Notes: generated by a model not told the origin, from the letters alone. A DNA stretch of 64,000 nucleotides from Poseidonia sp. (GCA_040261535.1 JBDQNU010000001.1:75109-139108); one strand, 5' to 3'. Shown: positions 18,148 to 27,459, counted from the stretch's first letter. Made by a program: numbers and translations.

Positions 18148-20667
18148 GTGATGACAACACGCACCATCCGGTCGGGGGCTCATCGACGCATCCTCGGTTT
18201 CCTTCGTTCCGGTCCCGCCACGGTTTCGGAATTGGCGAAGCAATTTGACATGCGTATGTCGCACGCTTCGCTTGCATGTCGTCAGTTAAGGGCCGCTGAG
18301 CTGATCGTTCGAGACGAATCGGGCGGTTTGCGAAACGCTCCCATTTCCCTGAGCCAAAAGGGCGTGGAACGCCTCCGGGAAAACGCCGTAGCGAAGTTGC
18401 GTCAATATTCGGACCAATTTCCGACCAAATCCAGCGCCTGTGTTCTGCAGGTCGACGGTCCAAACGTGTTGATTGGTTACACGGATTTGCCCCCAGGGCC
18501 GTTGATTTTCATCCCGGATGCCTCCGAAACGGCTTCTGAAAGGTCCACCGGAAACCAAGGGGGGGTGTGGGTGCTCTTCGCCGAAGAGAGCGAGGCGTGG
18601 TTCACCCTAACCGATTTCCAGCCCACCACCCCGCCAGCCGCTGCTCAGGGAGTGACGCTGGAGGATTTCTCAAACGTCCCGCAAAAAGTTGGCCTTGTGC
18701 GCGGTTCGATTTTTGAATCCGTTGGCGATTCGAACCTCATTGAAGGGAAGCGGTTCAGGGTTGACGGGGCTTCGGCCACCCCGCCGCCGGCCCGGCTTCG
18801 CGTCGGTCCCGTTTCCTTGGGGACCGTGGTCGGGACGAAGCATTCCTTTTTTCCGCCTCAAGGACTTGTTGCGCGGCTTCCTTCCTCCATTGACCGAAGC
18901 CAAATGCTGGATGCGCTCTCAACGGATGCTCTTCTGGTAAGCGATAAGGGCGCTTTGCGCCGGCGTCAACTTCCCTTCTCGGTTCTGAGGCCGTGGTTGG
19001 AACTCCGTCACCCGCGAATGTCGGATGAACGGCGGGAGAGAACGTGGGAGGAATTGACGGGAGCGCTTGCAGAAAACGAGGCTTCGCTGTCGGTTTCGCT
19101 GAGAAGGGAATTGCTCATCGATTTTGGTCAAGCGGAGTGGTCTGCTGAGGATTGGGCGGCCTCTGAACTCGACATCTACGGCATGTCGCCTCGTGGCGTG
19201 GCCTCCGTCTTGACTTCGGTTTTGGACCGTGTCCACGTTCCGTTTTGCATCGATTGGCCGTTTGAGGACGTTCCCGAGAACCTGTACCAGCGGGCTTTGG
19301 TTCATCCCTCGTGTCGGGTGTGGATCTGGCGGCGCGGAACCCTTCCAGCGCATCGTCCGCAAGGGCTGCTCGTCTTCCCCACCCCTCTGGTTTCGGTGGT
19401 CAACGTTCAGGCAGGACGAAAAGACCCGTTACCGATTCTTCTTGGCGGAGAGGAGCCTCCGGGTAACAACCACCGTGTTTCGTCGCTCTCGACTCCAACG
19501 AATGCGAAAGAGTTGCTTGAACGCCAATGGCTCCACGATGTGCTGAACACCGGCGCTCAACTTCCGGAGGGCAAGCACGGGCTCCGTTTGCGAAAAGCCC
19601 TTGACGCTTATCCATCGGGTGACGAATCGCTTGCTAACCGGTATGAAAGAACGGACGCTTTGGCTGCATGGATTGCCAGCCCGCCGGGCCAACGCCCCGG
19701 TCGGTGGGTTCGTTTGCACGACCGGCTCCCAACATCGTGGGTGAACCTCCTTCCCGTCGAAGAGGTGCCGTTCTCCCATCTCGTTCACGCCATCAAGAAC
19801 GGCGATGCTGCATGGCGCTCTCGGGCCTTGCACCGGTTTGGTTTGGAATTGGAGGCTCGTCCAGAACTGCTGATTTCGGTGGTTGACGGTTTGACCGACG
19901 AGGTGCATGGCCCGTGGTTTGCTGCCTGTTTGCTGGCCTCGGTACGATTGGACCGCCCCGACAACCAGGACGTGCTCGTGCAAGCATTCGATGCATGGTC
20001 TCGAGACCCAGTCTGTGCAGCTGAAGTGCTCGAAAGTCAATTTCACATGACCGTCAACTTGGGGGCCGAGGACCATCCCTTGTTGCAACCGTTCGTTCGT
20101 CTTGGTTTGAATCAACCAGCGGGTTCGTTGTTTTGTGTTTGGTCGAGCAGCGTGGAGGCCCTCATGGATGGACGGCCTTGGTTACCCGAACATCAGCGAC
20201 GAATCATGGAGATTCTTCCGTTGGCGTGGTGGGCGGCGTATGCAAGCGATTGGATCACCGCCCAATTGGCCAGCGTATCAGGGCGAACGTGGCTGCGGGA
20301 CCATGAGGTGCCGTGGACGGCGCAGGTGTTTCAGGCCGCAGGCTATATCGGTGGACTTCCCGGTGCGCCGATACCGCATCCAGCGTGCACGTTGACGTCC
20401 GACCAACTCATCGGCATCAAATTGCTCGGCGAGGGCGTCGGCGTGGCCGGCCTCAACGACCTGTACGAATCGATGTACGCCTTTGAACAAGGACTTCCAC
20501 CGCCTCCCTGCTCAACGCATCCACTGGCCGGATGGTTGGTTCGTCCGGTTGAAACGTGGCCGATGATGAACGAAACCGTTCTCTCGATGGGGGAAGCGGC
20601 CACCGGGCGCCTCCTGTTTTCCAAAGCTTACCACCATCGGGTGCGCTCGCCCAACCCGCTGTCTTGA
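18148..20667 (+). CDS. Large orphan protein with N-terminal ArsR/MarR-like winged helix
   Basis: 839 aa. The N-terminus is HRRILGFLRSGPATVSELAKQFDMRMSHASLACRQLRAAELIVRD. The remaining ~750 aa is W/L/P-rich, with no P-loop or other motif I recognise. Confidence 0.6.
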   Translation: MMTTRTIRSGAHRRILGFLRSGPATVSELAKQFDMRMSHASLACRQLRAAELIVRDESGGLRNAPISLSQKGVERLRENAVAKLRQYSDQFPTKSSACVLQVDGPNVLIGYTDLPPGPLIFIPDASETASERSTGNQGGVWVLFAEESEAWFTLTDFQPTTPPAAAQGVTLEDFSNVPQKVGLVRGSIFESVGDSNLIEGKRFRVDGASATPPPARLRVGPVSLGTVVGTKHSFFPPQGLVARLPSSIDRSQMLDALSTDALLVSDKGALRRRQLPFSVLRPWLELRHPRMSDERRERTWEELTGALAENEASLSVSLRRELLIDFGQAEWSAEDWAASELDIYGMSPRGVASVLTSVLDRVHVPFCIDWPFEDVPENLYQRALVHPSCRVWIWRRGTLPAHRPQGLLVFPTPLVSVVNVQAGRKDPLPILLGGEEPPGNNHRVSSLSTPTNAKELLERQWLHDVLNTGAQLPEGKHGLRLRKALDAYPSGDESLANRYERTDALAAWIASPPGQRPGRWVRLHDRLPTSWVNLLPVEEVPFSHLVHAIKNGDAAWRSRALHRFGLELEARPELLISVVDGLTDEVHGPWFAACLLASVRLDRPDNQDVLVQAFDAWSRDPVCAAEVLESQFHMTVNLGAEDHPLLQPFVRLGLNQPAGSLFCVWSSSVEALMDGRPWLPEHQRRIMEILPLAWWAAYASDWITAQLASVSGRTWLRDHEVPWTAQVFQAAGYIGGLPGAPIPHPACTLTSDQLIGIKLLGEGVGVAGLNDLYESMYAFEQGLPPPPCSTHPLAGWLVRPVETWPMMNETVLSMGEAATGRLLFSKAYHHRVRSPNPLS

Positions 20668-20729
20668 AATAGCCTTGACCGCCACAGCGACTCACCGTAC
20701 CTGCAACATCAGGCTGAGCGACTGTGAAA

Positions 20730-21005
20730 ACTGCAATGATGTCTGACACCATGTGTACGGCCGCAATCGAAGACTGAGCGGACCCTTCGGGGGATGAAGT
20801 TCGGTGCAAATGCGGTAAACCATCGGTGGGTTATGGGTCCTTGTGCGACGCAAGAATGAACACAAGACAACCACCTTACCGGACAGTACGCCCCGCCACC
20901 GAGGGTCAGGCCTTCGAGGAAACCGTGAACAAGGCCGTTAGGTGGCGGGGCACAGACCGTTGAACTGCTGCGAAGGCTTCATTCCGGGCGATGACATCAT
21001 ATCCC
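20730..21005 (+). ncRNA. Candidate signal recognition particle RNA (7S/SRP RNA); ends approximate (+/-25 nt)
   Basis: This lies in a 357-nt non-coding gap. GGUCAGGCC...GGAAACC...AAGGCC resembles the helix 8 core (compare GGUCAGGUCCGGAAGGAAGCAGCCAAGGC) and is closed by a perfect 11-bp stem, GCCCCGCCACC/GGUGGCGGGGC (20890-20900 / 20941-20951). A helix-6-like arm is closed by GGUGG/CCACC and GGUAA/UUACC. The long helix 5 pairs GGGAUGAAG (20791-99) with CUUCAUUCC (20977-85). The closing helix pairs AUGAUGUC (20736-43) with GACAUCAU (20993-21000). An Alu-domain-like UGUAC..GCAAUC motif is also present. Confidence 0.6.
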
Positions 21006-21024
21006 GAAGGCACAAGCCTCGCCC

Positions 21025-22044
21025 ATGGAAGGCGGACGGCGCTTTCGACGCTGCCTGGTCGGCGGCACGTTTGACCGTTTTCACGCCGGCCACCGATTGT
21101 TGTTGGATGCTGCCCAAACGGCCGCGGATTTCGTTGAAATCCACATCACGTCCGACGCCATGGCCGAGCAGAAATCCGACCATATCCAATCCTTCGAAAC
21201 ACGGCGTGAATCCTTGCTCGATTGGATTGAGCAACACGCACCTCGGCGCGCCTCTGTTCACCAACTCACCGATGTCCACGGACCCGCACCGACCCACTCC
21301 AAGGCCGACTGCATCGTTGCCACCCCCGAGACTCGGGGTCAGTGCGAACGCATCAACGAGAAGCGCCTCGCAGGAAACCTGCCTCCACTTGCCGTTCTTG
21401 AGGTCGGCCACATGATGGACATCAACGGGGAGGTCATCAGTTCATCTCGCATCCGAAACGGCCACATCGATCCCGAAGGCCATCCTTGGTTTTCTCCAGA
21501 TTGGGAAGGTCGTACGTTGCGAATGCATCCTCGGGCCGAACCCGAATTGAAATCGCCGATGGGCGTGTTGTACGCTGGCCCCGAGGATGACCCGGAAATC
21601 GCCATGCTCGCTGCATTGGACGACCTTGACCTCGACCGCCTCATGCTCGTCGCTGTGGGGGACGTGACCGTTCGAACCTTGCTGAGCATCGGCATCACGC
21701 CCGACCTTGCTCTGGTCGACGGACAAACCAAGCGGCAAGCACTCGTCAAGGAGGAACAGGTGGACATCGGGGCATTCGGCACCGTTCTTCGTGCTGAAAA
21801 CCCGGCAGGCGTGCTGACGCCCTCGTTGCTTGGAGCCGTGCGGGAAGCACTTTCCAATGAGGTCCCGGTGGTCGTGGTGGTGGACGGCGAAGAAGACCTT
21901 GCGCCGTTGTTCATTCATCTTCTCGCTCCGATCAACGCCGTCGTGATGTACGGCCAGCCCAAGGAAGGGGTGGTGGTTCAGCCCAGCCATTTGGGAACCA
22001 AACAGCGCTGTCGCCGCTTGCTCGAGTTGTTTGAGGTGATTTGA
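21025..22044 (+). CDS. Fusion protein: archaeal-type phosphopantetheine adenylyltransferase (N) + DUF359-type GTP-dependent dephospho-CoA kinase (C)
   Basis: The N-terminal CLVGGTFDRFHAGHRLLL is the cytidylyltransferase (T/H)xGH motif of archaeal PPAT. The C-terminal half, MLVAVGDVTVRTLLSIGITPDLALVDGQTKRQ, fits the DUF359/COG1909 pattern. At 339 aa it is about the sum of the two proteins. Confidence 0.72.
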   Translation: MEGGRRFRRCLVGGTFDRFHAGHRLLLDAAQTAADFVEIHITSDAMAEQKSDHIQSFETRRESLLDWIEQHAPRRASVHQLTDVHGPAPTHSKADCIVATPETRGQCERINEKRLAGNLPPLAVLEVGHMMDINGEVISSSRIRNGHIDPEGHPWFSPDWEGRTLRMHPRAEPELKSPMGVLYAGPEDDPEIAMLAALDDLDLDRLMLVAVGDVTVRTLLSIGITPDLALVDGQTKRQALVKEEQVDIGAFGTVLRAENPAGVLTPSLLGAVREALSNEVPVVVVVDGEEDLAPLFIHLLAPINAVVMYGQPKEGVVVQPSHLGTKQRCRRLLELFEVI

Positions 22045-23147
22045 TGGACACGCCGATGGTGTCCATCACGGTCTGTGTTCGCAACGGGGTCTCGTGGATT
22101 CAAGGGTGCCTTGAGGCACTGCTCGCTCAGACCTACCCTTCGTTTGAGATACTCGCCGTCAACGACGGGTCGATGGACGGTGCAGAAGCCATCATGGACG
22201 CCTTCCACGACCCGGAAGGTCTTCGGGGACCGCCGGTTCGGGTTCACCACCAACCCCCGCTCGGCCTCGCTGCGGGTCGTCAGTGGGCGGTGAAACACGC
22301 TCGTGGGGAATGGGTGGCCATCACGGACATCGACGTTCGTCCTGAACGGGATTGGATCGCCAACATGATGGCTGAATCCGGGCCCGTCGTTGATGCTGAA
22401 CGAGTTGTAGCGGTCACGGGCCGAACCGTGTTTGAACAGGCGGACGACCTCGTCAGTCGTCTGCGTTCGGTGGAAATCGCAGCAAAATACCGGTCACGTC
22501 CCCGTCGAACCAGTTTAGCCAACGGACCGTGTTCCATGTTTCATCGAGCGGCCCTCTTGGAGGTTGGGGGATTTGACCCCTCCTGGTATCACGCTGAAGA
22601 CATGGAAGTCAGCCTCCGTTTGCTCGATGCTGGCGGTACCATCGTCTACGCCCCCAACGCGCTTGTTCGCCATGTGCCGGAAACGGGGATGGCTCACTTC
22701 TTGGCGAAACGAAAACGCGATGCTCGGGCGCACGTTCGTATCGTTCGCCATTTTCCTCGCCGAAAACGCCAGGGCCCCGGCTTTGATTTCCTCGGTTCCT
22801 CTTCGATGGTGTTGTGCCTGCTTCCGTTGTGGTTCGCAACGCTTGTGGGTGGTCTCCCGTTCATCGCTGGCCTTCTCTCGGGAGACGTGACGCAAAACGA
22901 TGCCCTCATGGCCCGATGGGAGGTTCGGTTGTTGACGGTCTCGCTAACGCTCCTCTTGGTTCACGAGGTGTTGTTGTGGTCGGGGCCGCTTGGCGTGGTG
23001 AACCGAGAAGTGGTTCGGACAACGCAGCGCCGAAAGTTAAGGGCGGTTATCGGTGTGCGGTGGCTGACCTTGCGTTGGAGCTTTGCCCTCTGGCACGGTT
23101 TGTTGTTGGGCGCGCTGGATGCAGCGCTCAAGCGAAACGGGCACTGA
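22041..23147 (+). CDS. Family 2 glycosyltransferase with C-terminal TM domain
   Basis: Motifs VSITVCVRNG...LLAQTYPSFEILAVNDGSMDG and ITDIDVRPERDW (DxD), with 3-4 C-terminal TM helices. ATGA overlap with the upstream gene. Confidence 0.8.
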   Translation: MMDTPMVSITVCVRNGVSWIQGCLEALLAQTYPSFEILAVNDGSMDGAEAIMDAFHDPEGLRGPPVRVHHQPPLGLAAGRQWAVKHARGEWVAITDIDVRPERDWIANMMAESGPVVDAERVVAVTGRTVFEQADDLVSRLRSVEIAAKYRSRPRRTSLANGPCSMFHRAALLEVGGFDPSWYHAEDMEVSLRLLDAGGTIVYAPNALVRHVPETGMAHFLAKRKRDARAHVRIVRHFPRRKRQGPGFDFLGSSSMVLCLLPLWFATLVGGLPFIAGLLSGDVTQNDALMARWEVRLLTVSLTLLLVHEVLLWSGPLGVVNREVVRTTQRRKLRAVIGVRWLTLRWSFALWHGLLLGALDAALKRNGH

Positions 23148-23152
23148 TGGCC

Positions 23153-23710
23153 TCAGTCGATGTTTTCGTCGCCCTCTGGAACTCGGCTTGCGTGGTTCAA
23201 TGCGAAACCCGATGCGAGGAGAGCGATGGTCACGGAGTACACGCCGACGTCCATCCATCCGACATACTGAATGCCGTACCAGAAGTAAAACGCAAGACCG
23301 AGCAATAAGCACCAAGCGGCCGTGGTGCGTTGGCCCCCGCCCACAGAGGTGTCGTTCAAGGCCGTCCAGGTGTCGTTGATGATGAGGCCACGGAGCCAAG
23401 CACGCAGGTCGTTGGTTTCGTTGATGGCTTTGAGGCCAAAAACCACGAGCGCAAGACAGGCGGCGATGAAGATCGTGTCACCAAGCACTTCGTAATGGAA
23501 CCCGTCAATGGCTTCTCCAAAAGCGGCGTTGGTGGCTTCGAACGTGAGCAGGCCGCCCCACGAGACGTGTTGCGTCGGGTGGGCCATGCTGAACATGTTC
23601 AGGACGGCGAGCAGGATACCCCATGCGCCGAGGAAGACCATGGCCGGTGCATAGACCGGTGTGGGCCCTCCCGAGTTTCCGGTTGCCTTGGACTGAACGG
23701 TGTCGCTCAT
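23153..23710 (-). CDS. Hypothetical polytopic membrane protein
   Basis: ~185 aa from the internal Met (MSDTVQSK...) with 5-6 hydrophobic helices. The track start at 23818 would overlap the orc1/cdc6 3' end. Confidence 0.55.
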   Translation of the reverse strand: MSDTVQSKATGNSGGPTPVYAPAMVFLGAWGILLAVLNMFSMAHPTQHVSWGGLLTFEATNAAFGEAIDGFHYEVLGDTIFIAACLALVVFGLKAINETNDLRAWLRGLIINDTWTALNDTSVGGGQRTTAAWCLLLGLAFYFWYGIQYVGWMDVGVYSVTIALLASGFALNHASRVPEGDENID

Positions 23711-23777
23711 GGCTTGGGCGACTGACGAGGTGCATTTAAGCACACCGAAAGGAGAACACCCTCCTGCGTTCAACGGT

Positions 23778-25019
23778 TCAAAGGGAGGTTTGGTGGTTGT
23801 AATGGGCGGTAAACACAATGCCCATTTCTTCTTCGGCTGCCGTCATGATTTGCTGCGGGTCGATGTTGTTCGGGATGGAGGAATTGATCTCTTTTGAACG
23901 ACCGTACCTTCCCTTGCTCACGGTCTTGGCCGTGACAAGACCCAACATGTCCAGGTTGGAAATAAGACCGGAAATCCTTCGCTGGGTGAGGGGATTTTGG
24001 CGCACATGTTTGCACGCTTGTTGATAGATGTCGTAGACCTGCCCCGTTTGGACGTTGCGAAGACCGTTGCGTTCGTTGATGATCACGGAGGCAAGCACCA
24101 ATTTTTGTTGACTGGGCAGGGTGGAAATCACCGGTGTAATCTGGTCGGATTCGATTTGACTTTGGGCGATTCGAACGTGGTTTTGATTGACCGTGACATC
24201 CCCGATCTGCTCGGCCTTTTCTGCAGAGATGCGCAGCAAATCCAAGGCGCATCGGGCGTCACCGTGTTCTTGGGCAGCCAGTGCAGCACAGAGCTCAATG
24301 ACCCCAGAACCGAGGACTTCTTCGTTGAGGCCCGACATTGCACGCTGACGCAGAATGTCTTGGAGTTGTTCTGCGTCGTAGGGCTTGAACAAGACATCGA
24401 GTTGGCCCAATCGTGAGCGAACTCTTGGGTCAAGGAAATCCGTAAATTTGAGGTCGTTTGAGATGCCGATAACGCACGCTCTTGCATTTTTCAGGGAAGA
24501 ATTCATGCTCGTCAAATTGTAAAGAAGGTCGTCGCCGGCTTTTCGCACGAGGTGGTCAATCTCGTCAAGAACGATGACGAAAACGCCGCCTTGACGATCC
24601 ATTCGGCGAACAAGTTCGTTGAAGACTCGGTCGGTCGGCCATCCAGTAAAAGGAATCTCATCCCGCTCATGCGCTTCAAGAAGGGAATTTCCAATGTGAC
24701 TCAAGACTCGGTACTGCGTGTCGATTTGACGGCAGTTGACCATGATGGCTTCCACCTTGCGACCCATGCTGTCGCCCTTTTCTTTGAGGTGATGACAGAC
24801 ATAATCGGTTACCGCCGTTTTCCCTGCACCCGTCACGCCGTACAAGGTCATGTTTGACGGAATGTGGCCCTTCAGCGCCTCCCAAAGATTGTAGGAGATT
24901 TTCTCGATCTCTTCCTGACGGTGGGGAAGGTGGGCCGGCCTGAAATCATGCCTCAAGTTTTCCTTGTTTTTGAACAAGGTTTTCTGGGAGATGAATTTGT
25001 CAAAGATGTTGGAATCCAT
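23778..25019 (-). CDS. cdc6: Orc1/Cdc6 replication initiator
   Basis: 413 aa. It has Walker A (LYGVTGAGKTAV), Walker B (VFVIVLDEIDHL), the typical N-terminal LRHDFRPAHLPHRQEEI, and a C-terminal winged helix. Confidence 0.92.
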   Translation of the reverse strand: MDSNIFDKFISQKTLFKNKENLRHDFRPAHLPHRQEEIEKISYNLWEALKGHIPSNMTLYGVTGAGKTAVTDYVCHHLKEKGDSMGRKVEAIMVNCRQIDTQYRVLSHIGNSLLEAHERDEIPFTGWPTDRVFNELVRRMDRQGGVFVIVLDEIDHLVRKAGDDLLYNLTSMNSSLKNARACVIGISNDLKFTDFLDPRVRSRLGQLDVLFKPYDAEQLQDILRQRAMSGLNEEVLGSGVIELCAALAAQEHGDARCALDLLRISAEKAEQIGDVTVNQNHVRIAQSQIESDQITPVISTLPSQQKLVLASVIINERNGLRNVQTGQVYDIYQQACKHVRQNPLTQRRISGLISNLDMLGLVTAKTVSKGRYGRSKEINSSIPNNIDPQQIMTAAEEEMGIVFTAHYNHQTSL

Positions 25020-25218
25020 TGCAAATCACCTCCTGTGTTCTTACCTCGGCGGAGAAGTCTTGAGCCAACCCAGCGCCGTGATTTCGGTGAGTCCGAGTCC
25101 CCCTTATATGCCTGTCCACGGATGAACTTGGGGTCCTTTCTTTTCTGCACCAATTGACCTTTATTAGTGAGTATAAATACAAGTCGGGTTTCTTCAAAAA
25201 TGAACATTTTTCAAGTCG

Positions 25219-26091
25219 TCAGGAAGGCGCGTTGAACATCCATTGTCCGTCCTCCCAAACGAGAACGTGACCGTCACGAAGATGGGTGACATGGTCGGGA
25301 TGGTCGGGAAGTTGGTCGGTCAAAACGGGAGGGTGATCCGACCGGTCGTCAACAAAGGTGTGGGTGATGCCGAGCGGTGTTTTGCATTTCGCGGCCAAGG
25401 CCTGAACGTCGTTCGGCTTGTGGTGATGGGTTGAGGGGACCCAATCGGGAAAACCCATTTCGAGCACAGCGAGATGGGACCGCTCGATGGCTTCGTAGAG
25501 CGCTTCGCAGGGGCCCGAATCCCCGCTATGGACAAAGGACGCCCCATCCTCGTGCTCAAAGCGGTACCCAAAGGGTTCAACAGCGTCGTCGTGGTGAACC
25601 TCAAAGCGCTCCCACCGCCACCCGTCCCCGGTTTCTCCCCGGTCGCCGTATTCCCACTCCACCAAGTCAAGAGCGCTCTCAAGCGAGCCGGAAAACGCGA
25701 GTTCGCACAACGCTGAAAGACGCTCCCGAACAAAGGGCGTTCCCACGACCCGAAGCGGCTTGAGCCCTTCTCGGTCCGAAATGTACTTCCGCTCGAGCAG
25801 CAGAAAAGGGAAACCGAACACGTGGTCACCGTGAACGTGCGTCACGAAGACGGTTTGGACATCAGCAACTGACTGTCCGGCTCTTCGCAAACCTGCAAGC
25901 GCTGTTGGAGGAGCATCGATGATGTGACGCCGGTTCAGCATGGCGAAGGAGTGGAGGCGGCCGTGAGGAAGGAAGGCGTTCCCCGTGCCGAGCATGTCAA
26001 TGCGATGCGTCATGTTCCGGCTAACGGCTTGGGCTTCTTCTTCCCATCGGCGCGGGGCGATGGCCCCGGGATGTGCAATCATACCAACCAT
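25219..26091 (-). CDS. Metallo-beta-lactamase-fold hydrolase
   Basis: Motifs VFVTHVHGDHVFGFPFLL (HxHxDH) and FVHSGDSG. The start is uncertain (Met at 26091, 26082 or 26013). The track start at 26181 would overlap the divergent gene. Confidence 0.72.
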   Translation of the reverse strand: MVGMIAHPGAIAPRRWEEEAQAVSRNMTHRIDMLGTGNAFLPHGRLHSFAMLNRRHIIDAPPTALAGLRRAGQSVADVQTVFVTHVHGDHVFGFPFLLLERKYISDREGLKPLRVVGTPFVRERLSALCELAFSGSLESALDLVEWEYGDRGETGDGWRWERFEVHHDDAVEPFGYRFEHEDGASFVHSGDSGPCEALYEAIERSHLAVLEMGFPDWVPSTHHHKPNDVQALAAKCKTPLGITHTFVDDRSDHPPVLTDQLPDHPDHVTHLRDGHVLVWEDGQWMFNAPS

Positions 26092-26141
26092 GATATAGCG
26101 ACCTTTTGTGGGAAAATCTGTCCACGGACCGAGGTGAAGCG

Positions 26142-27395
26142 ATGTCAGCCAACTGGTCAGCCAAAAACCCCTACATGACAAAAATCACGGAGAACTACAT
26201 CCTCAACGGTGAGGGCTCGCGGAAGGAAACCCGGCACATCGTCTTTGAACTCGGCGATTCCGGATTGGATTACAAAGTCGGGGACGCCCTCGGGGTCATC
26301 GCCGAGAATCCGCCCCACATCGTTGAGGAACTCCTTTCCGTGCAAGGTTGGGACCGGGATGCGAGCGTGACCACGCACAACGGTGAACGGACCCTTTACG
26401 ACGCTCTGAAGAAGGATTTTGAGGTGCACATGGCGAACAAAAAATTCGTCCAATCGCTTGCAGAAAAGGTGGTCTCAAGCGGGATGAACATCAGCATGAG
26501 CATGGTGAGCCGGTCCCGAAACAACTCGACGTGGGTGGCTTCCTCCGATGAGAAAACGCCTCCGTCGCTGTCGCCATCCGCCCCCTCGGACGACCCTGCG
26601 TCAAAGGTTGAAGCCATCAACGCCGATACCAAGGCGGTCGAAGATTATCTCTGGACGAGGGATTACGTTGACATCATGCGCGAGTTTGACGTCAAGTATT
26701 CACCCGAAGAATTCCTTGAGTTGGCCGATCGCCTCAAACCCCGGCTCTACTCCATTGCATCCTCACACGACGCCCACCCTGGATTCGTTGAATTGACCGT
26801 TGGTATTGTCCGATTCGAGTACAACGGTCGAGCTCGTGGCGGCCTATGCACCCAATTCATGGCCGATGAGATCGACACCAGCGGCGCACCAATCGGCGTG
26901 TTCATGTCGCCAACGAAATCGTTCATTTTGCCCGAGGACAAGGACACGGACATCATCATGGTTGGACCCGGAACCGGAATCGCTCCTTTCCGGGCGTTCA
27001 TGGAGCAGCGTGTTCATGACGGGGGTTCTGGGAAAAATTGGTTGTTCTTTGGGGACCAATCAGCAAAGACCGAGTTCTACTACAAAGACGAGATTGAATC
27101 GTGGATTGACGAAGGTCACCTCTACCGGTTCACCACGGCCTGGTCTCGCGACCAAGAGGAGAAAATCTACGTTCAACACCGCCTCAAGGAACACGGCGCA
27201 GAAATCTGGGAATGGTTTGAGCGTGGCGCTTACTTCTACATTTGCGGCGACAAACAATACATGGCGAAGGACGTTCACCGAGCATTGATCCAAATCGCCA
27301 TCGACCACGGCGGCATGTCCGAAGACGACGCAACCCACTTCATCGAGAAGACGATGATGCGTGAAGAGAAACGCTACCTGCGCGACGTCTACTGA
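26142..27395 (+). CDS. FAD/NADPH-binding reductase of the CysJ / cytochrome P450 reductase C-terminal type, with no flavodoxin domain
   Basis: Motifs RLYSIASS, GVFMSP, MVGPGTGIAPFRAF, WLFFGDQ, YVQHRL, FYICGD..YMAKDV and C-terminal RYLRDVY. GAGGTGA lies upstream of the ATG at 26142. A low-complexity insertion (aa ~115-165, S/P-rich) is present. Confidence 0.8.
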   Translation: MSANWSAKNPYMTKITENYILNGEGSRKETRHIVFELGDSGLDYKVGDALGVIAENPPHIVEELLSVQGWDRDASVTTHNGERTLYDALKKDFEVHMANKKFVQSLAEKVVSSGMNISMSMVSRSRNNSTWVASSDEKTPPSLSPSAPSDDPASKVEAINADTKAVEDYLWTRDYVDIMREFDVKYSPEEFLELADRLKPRLYSIASSHDAHPGFVELTVGIVRFEYNGRARGGLCTQFMADEIDTSGAPIGVFMSPTKSFILPEDKDTDIIMVGPGTGIAPFRAFMEQRVHDGGSGKNWLFFGDQSAKTEFYYKDEIESWIDEGHLYRFTTAWSRDQEEKIYVQHRLKEHGAEIWEWFERGAYFYICGDKQYMAKDVHRALIQIAIDHGGMSEDDATHFIEKTMMREEKRYLRDVY

Positions 27396-27459
27396 GCAGC
27401 GCCCTTCGCTAACCGATGCACTCATTCGGCGCACATCGCCACCAAGTGCTCAAAACCTC

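Noticed and set aside
20880-20960. GAGGAAA and ACAGA strings that recalled RNase P RNA conserved regions CR-I and CR-V
   Set aside because: The surrounding pairing scheme (an 11-bp stem enclosing a GNRA-capped hairpin, plus a second arm off a long helix) fits SRP RNA helices 5, 6 and 8 much better. No P4-type long-range pairing was found.
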